In this document: in pieces, positions 1-8,133 of the stretch
Layout of the letters: the number at the start of each line of letters is the position of its first letter
How positions within the stretch are numbered: the stretch's first letter is position 1
Source: a virus
Lineage: Duplodnaviria; Caudoviricetes
DNA: 37,074 nucleotides
Strand: one strand, 5' to 3'
Virus record (IMG/VR): IMGVR_UViG_3300043449_001791
Span: 1-37,074 of that record
The notes under the pieces: model-generated
The model's database searches: none
Told to the model about the DNA's origin: nothing
The model's input: only the letters and a program-made list of their open reading frames with translations
Made by a program: the position numbers and the translations under genes

Positions 1-2
1 GA

Positions 3-140
3 ATTGGAGCAAACAATACCACTCTTTACACCAACTATACCAACACAGATCACTACCACACCATTCCCTATGACGGCAGCAGCAGTCGCCATGCAACCAT
101 GCCACCATTTATAGTGGCTAATTACATTATTAAGACTTAG
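3..140 (+). CDS. C-terminal fragment of tail-collar/tail fibre protein (5' truncated by window)
   Basis: Manual translation ...DHYHTIPYDGSSSRHATMPPFIVANYIIKT* matches the typical tail-collar ending HxH...HxxMPPxxxxNYIIK. Confidence 0.75.
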   Translation: MGANNTTLYTNYTNTDHYHTIPYDGSSSRHATMPPFIVANYIIKT

Positions 141-148
141 GAGATCTC

Positions 149-337
149 ATGGAGATTTTGATTAGCGAATTTGAAAATGCCGAAACTAAAGAGAATGGTT
201 ATAATGTCACATTCGTGAACAGAAATAAAAAGAGATCAACTAATGATACGGACTTTTTCCCGGCTGGCTCAGATGTTGAAGTCAAAATTGGTGAACTTAA
301 AAAGCTGCTGAAGAATTATTTTAATGCACAGGTATGA
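149..337 (+). CDS. Hypothetical protein (tail fibre region)
   Basis: 62-aa ORF with AGGAG RBS directly after the upstream stop. Confidence 0.65.
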   Translation: MEILISEFENAETKENGYNVTFVNRNKKRSTNDTDFFPAGSDVEVKIGELKKLLKNYFNAQV

Positions 338-387
338 CTCCTGATGAGATTAGGGCGGTCAGGAAACTTTTGAAGGCGGGTAGCTAA
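334..387 (+). CDS. Putative 17-aa mini-ORF MTPDEIRAVRKLLKAGS
   Basis: Fills the gap exactly, with ATGA overlap upstream and TAATG overlap downstream. Confidence 0.35.
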   Translation: MTPDEIRAVRKLLKAGS

Positions 388-1784
388 TGACTTTACGAGC
401 GGGTGAAGGAATCGTAATCAACTACGACGGCGCCGGCGCCGAAGTCGCCGTATCGACACCGCAATGGTTTGTGGCGGAGATTACGGGCACCGTTTTGGGA
501 TCGTCGCCGGTGATCCACAAATGGAAAAAGAAAGTACCCAAGAAAGACGGCAAAACCTACGAAGACGCCAACCCGCCATTAATTGGTGACGGCACATCAA
601 ATCCGGCGTATTTGCCGGCGCTGACCACGGGCACCACCAGCACGGCGACCGTAAGCGGACTGGTCTATATGCGATTGCGGGGCCAAAATGGGGCAGGGCA
701 AGCCGTTTATGAAATTATTGGCGCGGCAGGCGGGAGCGGTGGTGGAGGCGGAAACGCAACGCTCGAGGTGGTAACGGATGTAACTTGCACTCCTTCAGGC
801 CTTGAAGTTTCAACGGCAACATTGGCAGGGGCAGATTATGACGTTGCCATCATTCGACAATTTTTATCATTAAGCGATGTGGTGCCAAAAAGTTTTCTAG
901 GTAATCAAGGGCGTGTTGTTCGCGTTAATGAGGCCGCCACCGGCCTAGAATTTGGACCAACAACCGGAAGTTTGGCGCAAACTTTTATTGCTTTGGATGA
1001 TACACCGCTAATTTATGGAAGCAGCGCCTATAAATCGGTAATCGTCAATTCAACTAATGATGGCGTTACATTTGCCGCTAACAATATAACGGTTGAAAAA
1101 AGCCTTTCTGGTGGCGGCAATCCAAACATAACCACCGGCGGCAGCGCTTGGCAGCCGCTTAGTTTGCTTAATGACGTTGCCAATCCTGGTAACAACCAAC
1201 ATTACGGAACCAATTCCACCGGCGAAAAAGGTTGGTATACCAATCCTGATATTTCTGGTTTGGACACTCGCTTGGATACGCTGGAAGGCCAAACGCTAGA
1301 TACAAGACTAACCACCATCGAAGGGCAAACACTAGATACTAGACTAACCACCATCGAAGGGCAAACGCTAGATACAAGACTAACCACCATCGAAGGGCAA
1401 ACACTAGATACAAGACTAACCACCATCGAAGGCCAAACATTAGATACTAGACTAACCACCATCGAAGGGCAAACGCTCGATACCAGATTAACAACTTTAG
1501 AAGGCCAAACATTAGATACTAGACTAACCACCATCGAAGGGCAAACGCTAGATACTAGATTAACAACGCTGGAAGGTTACATCAGCAGCTCCGCGTTAAC
1601 ATTTGGAGGAATCCAAGTTGTAGGGGCGCAGCAAGGAGCAGTTGCGGATGCGGTAGGAGGCACAATCGATAATACCGATGTAGCGTCCTGCGCAAGCACC
1701 ACGCAAACAGCGGTTGACGATTTAAAAACTCAAATTAATTACTTGCTAGCGGCTTTACGCACTCATGGCCTAATAGCGAGTTAA
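387..1784 (+). CDS. Tail/head fibre protein with 12-aa tandem repeats
   Basis: Gly/Thr-rich; two FxxLxDxP...VN...GxxF fibre-type repeats; GQTLDTRLTTIE repeats; C-terminal QINYLLAALRTHGLIAS typical of fibre termini. Confidence 0.75.
   Translation: MTLRAGEGIVINYDGAGAEVAVSTPQWFVAEITGTVLGSSPVIHKWKKKVPKKDGKTYEDANPPLIGDGTSNPAYLPALTTGTTSTATVSGLVYMRLRGQNGAGQAVYEIIGAAGGSGGGGGNATLEVVTDVTCTPSGLEVSTATLAGADYDVAIIRQFLSLSDVVPKSFLGNQGRVVRVNEAATGLEFGPTTGSLAQTFIALDDTPLIYGSSAYKSVIVNSTNDGVTFAANNITVEKSLSGGGNPNITTGGSAWQPLSLLNDVANPGNNQHYGTNSTGEKGWYTNPDISGLDTRLDTLEGQTLDTRLTTIEGQTLDTRLTTIEGQTLDTRLTTIEGQTLDTRLTTIEGQTLDTRLTTIEGQTLDTRLTTLEGQTLDTRLTTIEGQTLDTRLTTLEGYISSSALTFGGIQVVGAQQGAVADAVGGTIDNTDVASCASTTQTAVDDLKTQINYLLAALRTHGLIAS
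1260..1577 (+). repeat. 36-bp coding tandem repeat, 8 full copies (1287-1574) plus one degenerate copy
   Basis: Unit ggccaaacgctagatacaagactaaccaccatcgaa with mostly third-position variation. Confidence 0.95.
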
Positions 1785-1787
1785 AAC

Positions 1788-3269
1788 ATGGATTTTTATA
1801 AAACCAACGTTGTCGCTAATTACATGGTTATTAGCTCAATAAATACAACTTCCAACGTGATAACTTTATCTAATCCGTTTGGCTCAATTCCTTTTGACAA
1901 TAGAAAAACTCCGTTCAGTTTATTGGCTGATCCACCTACAAAAACAATTGATAGTTATGCCTATGATTATAAATGGATTATATTTGGCGCTGTTTATCGA
2001 GTTGTTTTTTCTAGCACTAATCCGTTAACCGGAAACTTTGCGGAAAACGTGGTGTATTATGTGCGAGCAACTGGTTCATATACCTGCAAAGTTTATTCCA
2101 ATGTCAATGATGCTTTCAATGAAACTAATGCCATAGCGCTTGCCGGTTCAATCGCCGCCGGTGATCGCATGAATTTTTTGTTTAAAAACAATTATTACGT
2201 TAATCCATGCAAAGATTTTGCAACGCCTCACCAATGTTGTCCAGCATTGCCACCGATAAACACTCAGGATGTTTTTACCGGTTGCACAGTGACATTCAAG
2301 AACCGCCAGATTGATTGTTATTTAGAGTTCTTTGGAGGTCAATTATACGGTTCTCATCATTTAGGACCAAGCAACGGAAATAAAGCTTTGTTTTATGGAA
2401 AGATTACTGATTTTGTAAACAGTATAGGACACACTGTAAGTTTGGTTTGTTTGGTTCAAATAACCAAAGTTAACTTGGAAACAAAAATAGAAATTGAAAT
2501 TCAAATACCTTATTACATTGTTTCAGGAGTTTATTATTCTGATACATATTCTGTTTTTACCAAGGCAAATACAACTCACGCAAATTTTACCGCTACCGGA
2601 ACTGTAACTGGTGATTCATTTCAAAGCGCAACAACGGCGGATTACAATTTTAACCACACAGGAAACATCAACCAAACCGCAAAGCTTAAGTTAATATCCG
2701 CTGCTTTTGTCAGTGGCAATTTATTACCAACTAAATTTGGAGTTGGTGATATTAACGAACTTCTTACATATAATCCGGATACAAGATGTTATGAATCGGA
2801 ATTAAAAAATTATTATAACATTCCTGGACGGTTGACCGTTCCTTTGAATACTTTTTATCCTCCGAACGATGGATTTAAATTTGTATTGGCAAACTACCCT
2901 ATAACCGTAAGTTATGAAAAACGTTATTTTTATGGAAGATGTGAGTTTTATGATTTTGGAAACAACAATGTTAGTGATTATATAACTTATCAAAGTATAG
3001 CTTTTCCTAATTGGGAATATTTATTTCAAAAGAAAATTATAGATTCAATAAGTGCTTATGATTTTTACGCTCATGTTGAAATTACATCATCGCCTTATGT
3101 TTATTATTACTCTAGGACAGCTATAGCCGTTCAATATAGCCGCAGCAAAAACGCCAAAACATCAAGCTTAAACTTTAGCAGCGAAATAGAGCATTTTTAC
3201 AAATCATCTGATTTTTACATCGGTTCAACGGAACCTGGATCGTTTTTTTCAACGTATAAGCTAACGTGA
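1788..3269 (+). CDS. AT-rich hypothetical protein, probably tail-associated or receptor-binding
   Basis: 493-aa ORF rich in Tyr/Phe/Asn/Thr with a CCP motif; follows the fibre gene; visibly lower GC than neighbours. Confidence 0.55.
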   Translation: MDFYKTNVVANYMVISSINTTSNVITLSNPFGSIPFDNRKTPFSLLADPPTKTIDSYAYDYKWIIFGAVYRVVFSSTNPLTGNFAENVVYYVRATGSYTCKVYSNVNDAFNETNAIALAGSIAAGDRMNFLFKNNYYVNPCKDFATPHQCCPALPPINTQDVFTGCTVTFKNRQIDCYLEFFGGQLYGSHHLGPSNGNKALFYGKITDFVNSIGHTVSLVCLVQITKVNLETKIEIEIQIPYYIVSGVYYSDTYSVFTKANTTHANFTATGTVTGDSFQSATTADYNFNHTGNINQTAKLKLISAAFVSGNLLPTKFGVGDINELLTYNPDTRCYESELKNYYNIPGRLTVPLNTFYPPNDGFKFVLANYPITVSYEKRYFYGRCEFYDFGNNNVSDYITYQSIAFPNWEYLFQKKIIDSISAYDFYAHVEITSSPYVYYYSRTAIAVQYSRSKNAKTSSLNFSSEIEHFYKSSDFYIGSTEPGSFFSTYKLT

Positions 3270-3285
3270 TTTAGGTCATTTATGT

Positions 3286-4656
3286 ATGACCCCAAAACGA
3301 GGCTATACATTTATGAACATTTTTACCCCCATCGCCCTTTTTCTAATCCTAGCCGCAGATTCCCAGGTCGGAGGCCGCGTCAGCCCCGACGGCGCCGAGC
3401 AAATACAAATCGACCTACCGGGCAAGGAACAACTAAAAAACGTGGGGGGCAGGGACGGCGCCGGGCTTTGCGTGTTCACTTCCCTTGAGCATTCGGGCCG
3501 CTGGCAAAATGTGGAACAGCTTACCGGATTCCAGAGCAAAATGAAAAAGGAGGAAGGCGGCGGCTGGCCCGAAAAAGTCGACAAAATGGTAAGCAAATAT
3601 GCCCCCGGAATCACCTATTTACAGTATCAGGGCAACGACCCAACTTTACTAAAATTAGCCTTAAAAACCGGCAGAATGCCCGCTGTAACCTATGGCTATA
3701 GTCCAAGGTATAGCGGCACCGGCAGAATCGCTCACATGGTAAATCTGGTGCATTTCAGCGATAAATGGACGGCAGTTTTGGATAACAATTTCCCCGGTGA
3801 AAATAATTATGAATGGATGGCGCCCGTGGAGTTTGTGCGCCGATGGAAACTTGGCGGCGGCGGCTGGGCCGTATTCCTGCTAGCGCCACCCCCACCACCC
3901 GCACCGGCACCCGCTACGCCAAAATTCTTTCAGGCGCCCCATGAGCCAGCCGAACCCGCAGAAGCCCCCGCCGCCCCGCTTTTTGGGGTCGAAACCGACA
4001 AAATGAGCCTTACTACCGGATGCTTTTTGAATGGCAAAAAAATCACCCCGTCCTACGCCCAGCGAGTACTAGAGGGCGGGGAACTGACCGACGACACCCA
4101 TAAACTGCATGTGACCATTATCAGCCAGGACACCGCCGCCGCCGCCCGTGTCAAATCTGACCTAGAGAAAAGCGCTTGGGCCCCGGTGCTTTTGATTCAA
4201 TCCTACCCCCCCACACATTGGGCCGTTAGCGATGTCGGATTCAACACCGAGGGCAGCCCCCGCATCATCGTGCAGGGGCCGCCGGGCGCCGATGGCAGCG
4301 CTCCGGTGCTTCATTCCCAGGGCGATTACAGCGACGGCATTGATGGCTTGATTAGCGCCTTGAGACGCAAAGCGCCCAACTACGACCCGCAAAAAGACAA
4401 GGATGGCAGGAAAACGCCCGACTTTACCAACACGTTGACTATAGTCCGAGCCGTTGTCATGGCCTCCCTAATCGCATTTTTTGCCGGGTGGTTTGGTCGC
4501 ACTCTAGTGCCGGCGGCGTTAGCTGGCCTAAAAGGTGTTCATGCCAAAGTCTTTCCGCCCAAACCCACATTAGAAGAAAGTATTATCGCAGCCATGAAAA
4601 AACTTAAGGAACAGGAGGCCGCCAATGTCAAACGAACCGACGCCGACCCCAGTTAA
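3286..4656 (+). CDS. Exported, membrane-anchored papain-fold (C39-like) cysteine peptidase; candidate lysis enzyme (alternative start 3313)
   Basis: Hydrophobic N-terminal segment; GLCVFTS (Cys), AHMVNLV (His), LDNN (Asp/Asn); Pro-rich linker; C-terminal hydrophobic helix; next to a holin-like gene. Confidence 0.6.
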   Translation: MTPKRGYTFMNIFTPIALFLILAADSQVGGRVSPDGAEQIQIDLPGKEQLKNVGGRDGAGLCVFTSLEHSGRWQNVEQLTGFQSKMKKEEGGGWPEKVDKMVSKYAPGITYLQYQGNDPTLLKLALKTGRMPAVTYGYSPRYSGTGRIAHMVNLVHFSDKWTAVLDNNFPGENNYEWMAPVEFVRRWKLGGGGWAVFLLAPPPPPAPAPATPKFFQAPHEPAEPAEAPAAPLFGVETDKMSLTTGCFLNGKKITPSYAQRVLEGGELTDDTHKLHVTIISQDTAAAARVKSDLEKSAWAPVLLIQSYPPTHWAVSDVGFNTEGSPRIIVQGPPGADGSAPVLHSQGDYSDGIDGLISALRRKAPNYDPQKDKDGRKTPDFTNTLTIVRAVVMASLIAFFAGWFGRTLVPAALAGLKGVHAKVFPPKPTLEESIIAAMKKLKEQEAANVKRTDADPS

Positions 4657-4867
4657 GCCCGGTTGGCAAACCACCGAATTTTGGCAAACATTGATTTTAC
4701 AGGGCTTGGCCCTAGCTACCATTATGGGTTTTTTGTCTCCCGCTGACAGCGCTGGCATCGGCAGCAACATAACCAGCATGATCGAGCATGTGATTGCGCT
4801 GTTGGTCGCCGGCGGCACCGTCGTGCATTACATCACGGGCCGAAATAAAGCCAAAGGGAACGCATGA
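4625..4867 (+). CDS. Holin-like membrane protein
   Basis: 80 aa, KPGWQTTEFW start motif, two hydrophobic helices, basic C-terminus. Confidence 0.65.
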   Translation: MSNEPTPTPVKPGWQTTEFWQTLILQGLALATIMGFLSPADSAGIGSNITSMIEHVIALLVAGGTVVHYITGRNKAKGNA

Positions 4868-5013
4868 CCGACCGAACCCTGATCTACCTGATGGGGGCCG
4901 CTAATGCCATGCTGGCATGGTACTGGACATCGCACGCTTGCGACTGTGGGAACGACCGCCCAATATTGCGAAAGCTTATTCAACTTTTTTGGATTTTTAT
5001 AGGAATCGCATGA
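4864..5013 (+). CDS. Small membrane protein (49 aa; not in ORF track)
   Basis: MTDRTLIYLMGAANAMLAWYWTSHACDCGNDRPILRKLIQLFWIFIGIA; ATGA overlaps at both ends. Confidence 0.55.
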   Translation: MTDRTLIYLMGAANAMLAWYWTSHACDCGNDRPILRKLIQLFWIFIGIA

Positions 5014-5357
5014 CAAAAGATATTACCCTTTGCGCCCGATGTGGCAAAAATTTCAGCAAGCGCCGTAATCTGTGCGCCGGCTGTTATAGCCGTTTTAAGG
5101 GCAATTACCCTTGCGCAGACGCCGTATTTATACTAGAACCACTATATCCGGCACAAAACCCAACGGACGCCCAGCCAGGAACGCGGGAGAAAATACAAGT
5201 CTTGGCAGATCGCTACGAAAATCGGGAATTTTTATGGCACCCTGACGATAAGCGGGGGCCGATAGTGAATCACCATGCCATCAATTCGGAAGCTAAACCG
5301 CGTCAGATATTACGACGCGCATGGTGTGCAGTGCCCGCCGGCGGCGGCGACGACTAA
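5010..5357 (+). CDS. Zinc-finger hypothetical protein
   Basis: CARC...CAGC; PTDAQPGTREKIQVLADRY...LWHPDD motif recalled from planctomycete hypothetical proteins; ATG 5010 overlaps the upstream stop. Confidence 0.65.
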   Translation: MTKDITLCARCGKNFSKRRNLCAGCYSRFKGNYPCADAVFILEPLYPAQNPTDAQPGTREKIQVLADRYENREFLWHPDDKRGPIVNHHAINSEAKPRQILRRAWCAVPAGGGDD

Positions 5358-6525
5358 AAAAACTGAAAAATCTCAACTGTACTACGCTTTTGGCGCCATT
5401 TCCGGCAGCCGCAAACCCATTCCCCTAGCCAAGACCCGCTCCGAATCCGTCGCCATGCTGGCCCGCATCCTAGCCGGCGTTGAAATTCCCAAAACCAAAA
5501 CCCTAGCAGGCCATCTTAGCAACTGGGCCGCCGCCTTAAAACTGGCCGGGATCACGCAGGCCCGCCAGCGGGAGGTCGTGGCCAAGGTCAGGCGCATTCT
5601 GGAAGCCGCCGGCGTGATGCAAAGTAAAACGATCAGCGCCGAACAGGCCAGAGCCGTGTTTACCCGCTGGGACACCGAAAAAAAACGCTGGAGCGCTCAA
5701 ACTAAGTCTCATTACCTCAAGGCTTTAAATCAGTTTTTACGGCACGCCGGCCTGCCCGCTATACGAATCACCCTTCCAGTAATCCGAGCCAATAAAACCT
5801 ACCAGCGGGGCGCCCTGACCCCGGAGCAGGCCGCCGCCCTGATCCACGCCGCCGCCGCTGGTGCACCCTACCGGGGCTTGCCAGGACAACGCCGGGCCCT
5901 ACTGTACCGCCTAATCCTGACCACCGGCCTAAGACGCAAAGAGGCCATGGGCCTGACCCATGAACATGTGCAGCAGTCCCGAATATCCCTGTTAGCCCAC
6001 GAAACTAAAAACCGGCGCCCGGCGGAGATCGACCTGGGCCCGGAGCTATCGACCGCACTGGCCACCGTGGGCCAGGGCCGGATCTTTCCCGGCACATGGG
6101 GCGACCGCTCCGCCGTCATGGTACGCCGGGACGCCGCCGCCGCCGGAATCAGCGTGCCCTTTCGCCTGGACTTGCACACCCTGAGACACACCTTTATAAG
6201 CTGGTGTGCAGCTAAATTTCGGGTGGAGATCACGCAAAAACTGGCCCGACATTCTACCAGCGTGCTTACGCTAGACTACTATACGCACGCTAAAAACGAT
6301 GATGTTAACGCCGCAGCAGCAACCATTGAAGACGAGCTAAATAGGTGTGCAAATAGGTGTGCAAATATTTTTGAAAATGGGGGCGGCGCCGGAAACCAAA
6401 AAAATCAAAACAGTAAAAATCCCCGGAAAAAACTCTATTTAATAATGCGCCCGATAGGAGTCGAACCTATAACCTACGGTTCCGAAGACCGTTGCTCTAT
6501 CCAGTTTTTGCCGCAAATAATTTAA
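5275..6525 (+). CDS. int: Tyrosine recombinase / phage integrase
   Basis: TGLRRKE (Arg), TKN (Lys), LHTLRHTF (HxxR), LARHST...TLDYYTH (His, Tyr nucleophile). Confidence 0.95.
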   Translation: MPSIRKLNRVRYYDAHGVQCPPAAATTKKTEKSQLYYAFGAISGSRKPIPLAKTRSESVAMLARILAGVEIPKTKTLAGHLSNWAAALKLAGITQARQREVVAKVRRILEAAGVMQSKTISAEQARAVFTRWDTEKKRWSAQTKSHYLKALNQFLRHAGLPAIRITLPVIRANKTYQRGALTPEQAAALIHAAAAGAPYRGLPGQRRALLYRLILTTGLRRKEAMGLTHEHVQQSRISLLAHETKNRRPAEIDLGPELSTALATVGQGRIFPGTWGDRSAVMVRRDAAAAGISVPFRLDLHTLRHTFISWCAAKFRVEITQKLARHSTSVLTLDYYTHAKNDDVNAAAATIEDELNRCANRCANIFENGGGAGNQKNQNSKNPRKKLYLIMRPIGVEPITYGSEDRCSIQFLPQII

Positions 6526-6557
6526 AATTTAAGCTTTAGGTGTGCGTTTAGGTGTGC
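6342..6557 (+). repeat. Integrase arm-type sites: TAGGTGTGC x4 in two pairs flanking the att core
   Basis: Copies at 6342, 6354, 6537 and 6549; 12-bp period within each pair. Confidence 0.8.
6446..6506 (-). tRNA. Partial tRNA-Arg(UCG) lacking its 5' ~13 nt; interpreted as the attP core
   Basis: Reverse complement AACTGGATAGAGCA-ACGGT-CTTCGGA-ACCGT-AGGTT-ATAGG-TTCGACT-CCTAT-CGGGCGCA gives D-loop, anticodon arm (TCG), T arm and 3' acceptor strand; the 5' acceptor strand is missing. Confidence 0.9.
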
Positions 6558-6767
6558 TATATTTTTGCGAATCGCCCGCCCGGTAGTTCCCTTTTCCCAG
6601 AAAGGCGCCCAGCTGCAATGTTAAGGAATTTAATAATCGACATTCTGACGGATGAAATAAAAAAAGAGTTTACCAATATTTTTTCTCATAAAAATGAAAA
6701 TCTAGTTAGCACGCCGGAAAATTCTAGTCATAATGTGGTAGATCTACCTATCCCCAGAGGTACTACC

Positions 6768-6986
6768 ATGATCGACACCACGGGCCCGTTGTTTTACAGC
6801 CCCAAAGAGCAGCGTATTTTGGAATTTTTAGCCCAGCATGGCCCTATGAAACAGTCAGCCATCGTAAAACATTTTAAAGATCATCCCGACCCGATCAACG
6901 ACACGACCGTGCGGGAGTTACTGGCCAATCTAAAACACCGGCGCGCAATTAGCACCGGCGACGATGGGTATGGTGTGATTCGCTAA
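6768..6986 (+). CDS. Small winged-HTH DNA-binding protein (alternative start 6618); possible excisionase or regulator
   Basis: SPKEQRILEFLAQHGPMKQSAIV...VRELLANLKHRRAI...GY pattern; AGAGG RBS; adjacent to attP. Confidence 0.6.
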   Translation: MIDTTGPLFYSPKEQRILEFLAQHGPMKQSAIVKHFKDHPDPINDTTVRELLANLKHRRAISTGDDGYGVIR

Positions 6987-7384
6987 TCCAACTGATTGCT
7001 TCGGTCTTCCAAATCCGGGCCTTGTTTCTTTTTCTTTTTGCGGGGCGCCCCAGGAAAGATCTGATCTTCAGCAGGCAGCCCCTTGGCAAGCCTGACTAGC
7101 CGATGTGCTTCCAAATATGCCTTGCTAGTGTTCATAGATGTTATTCGCAGCATATCGAGAAAATATTCCAATAATTTCAATAATTCTTTTTCGCGTGTTT
7201 CTTCCGCTAGGCTTTTTGTTTCCAGCCGCTTGGCCGCTTCGGGGGATAAATCCCGCACTGTTTTCACTAGCCACCTGATCGCACATTCAACATGAATCTC
7301 ATAGCACCCCGGAAAATGGGGCACGACGCTGGCACGAAAACCGTGGGCTTTTAAAATTTTTTCAAGTTCTTCTTCCGTGATCAT
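6983..7384 (-). CDS. Hypothetical protein
   Basis: 133-aa ORF, convergent with the wHTH gene, helical charged composition. Confidence 0.6.
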   Translation of the reverse strand: MITEEELEKILKAHGFRASVVPHFPGCYEIHVECAIRWLVKTVRDLSPEAAKRLETKSLAEETREKELLKLLEYFLDMLRITSMNTSKAYLEAHRLVRLAKGLPAEDQIFPGAPRKKKKKQGPDLEDRSNQLD

Positions 7385-7418
7385 GTGTCACCAAACCCCT
7401 TAATCTTTAGCGATCTGC

Positions 7419-7451
7419 ATAATTATTAGATAATTATCAGATAATTATCTG
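7419..7451. promoter_or_regulatory. Putative operator: three palindromic ATAATTAT boxes at 11-bp period
   Basis: Boxes at 7419, 7430 and 7441; the last lies within the perfect palindrome CAGATAATTATCTG; between divergent genes. Confidence 0.6.
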
Positions 7452-7559
7452 CCCAAGAACTAGGAAAAATAAATTTTTATCTGCACTTTTTAGTTGGCAG
7501 TATACCCCCTCACGGATGAACGACTGGCATGGATGCCAACTTCTTTAGGAGGCAGTCAA

Positions 7560-7754
7560 ATGTTCTTAGATCAAAACGTGGGGGGCATATGGCAGACTTG
7601 GAAACAAATCGCAGAATTGGAAGCCAAACGACAGCTAATCGAAAATTACGACCCGACCTTGGCACGGGGGCTGGCCAGAAAAATTCAACGGCGCACGGCA
7701 GTGCTGGCGACACTGGTCGCCCAGGATGCGGAGCAGCAGGGGAAAACGGATTAA
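7560..7754 (+). CDS. Small hypothetical protein
   Basis: AGGAGG RBS before ATG 7560; 64 aa, helical. Confidence 0.65.
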   Translation: MFLDQNVGGIWQTWKQIAELEAKRQLIENYDPTLARGLARKIQRRTAVLATLVAQDAEQQGKTD

Positions 7755-7954
7755 TTTTTATCAGTCGGCGGCGGCCAAAGTCCTTCAACTTTGAGGGCTT
7801 GTTCCAGCAAAATTGTGATAGTCATCTGCATCGAACGACGCCATTTCGAGGAATGGGCTTCCAAGGCTTTTTGCAAGTCCCAGGAATCGCAAACCCAGCC
7901 CTTGTACAGCGTTTTTCGTTCATTAGTTTTTTTAGGTCGTGCCATAGCGCTCAT
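7751..7954 (-). CDS. Arc/ribbon-helix-helix-like regulator, candidate repressor
   Basis: MARPKK start; DLQKALEAHSSKWRRSMQMTITILLEQAL helix pair; divergent from the early operon. Confidence 0.6.
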   Translation of the reverse strand: MSAMARPKKTNERKTLYKGWVCDSWDLQKALEAHSSKWRRSMQMTITILLEQALKVEGLWPPPTDKN

Positions 7955-8011
7955 GTTAAACCCCTTTGCAACATTAGCCAATCCATAATTAGTATATCAC
8001 TAATATTTTTA

Positions 8012-8102
8012 ACTAGTTTAAAAATAATTCTTTTTTACTAGCTATCACTTGTTTTTTACAAGTTATCATAGTATATACTAGTATTAACTAGTAAAAACTA
8101 GT
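8012..8102. promoter_or_regulatory. Divergent control region with a phased ACTAGT-like operator array
   Basis: Exact ACTAGT at 8012, 8077, 8087, 8097; variants at 8037 (ACTAGC), 8047 (ACTTGT), 8058 (ACAAGT), 8067 (CATAGT); very AT-rich. Confidence 0.7.
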
Positions 8103-8133
8103 GTTTACTTTCCAACTTTCCTAGGAGTTAGCC

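Noticed and set aside
334-389. Programmed frameshift joining the 17-aa mini-ORF to the fibre gene
   Set aside because: No canonical slippery heptamer; stop-start overlaps are explained by translational coupling.
1260-1577. 36-bp repeats as a CRISPR array
   Set aside because: Units are contiguous with no spacers, in frame, and vary mainly at synonymous positions; no cas genes.
1-3269. Diversity-generating retroelement acting on tail fibre genes
   Set aside because: No reverse transcriptase and no template/variable repeat pair differing at adenines seen in the window.
6446-6525. Functional phage-encoded tRNA
   Set aside because: The 5' acceptor strand and 5' D-stem are missing; it fits an att core instead.
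7529-8041. 170-aa + strand ORF and similar long shadow ORFs (e.g. 33755..34294, 11544..11978, 24216..24623)
   Set aside because: They overlap better-supported genes or regulatory DNA, lack an RBS and have no recognisable motifs.
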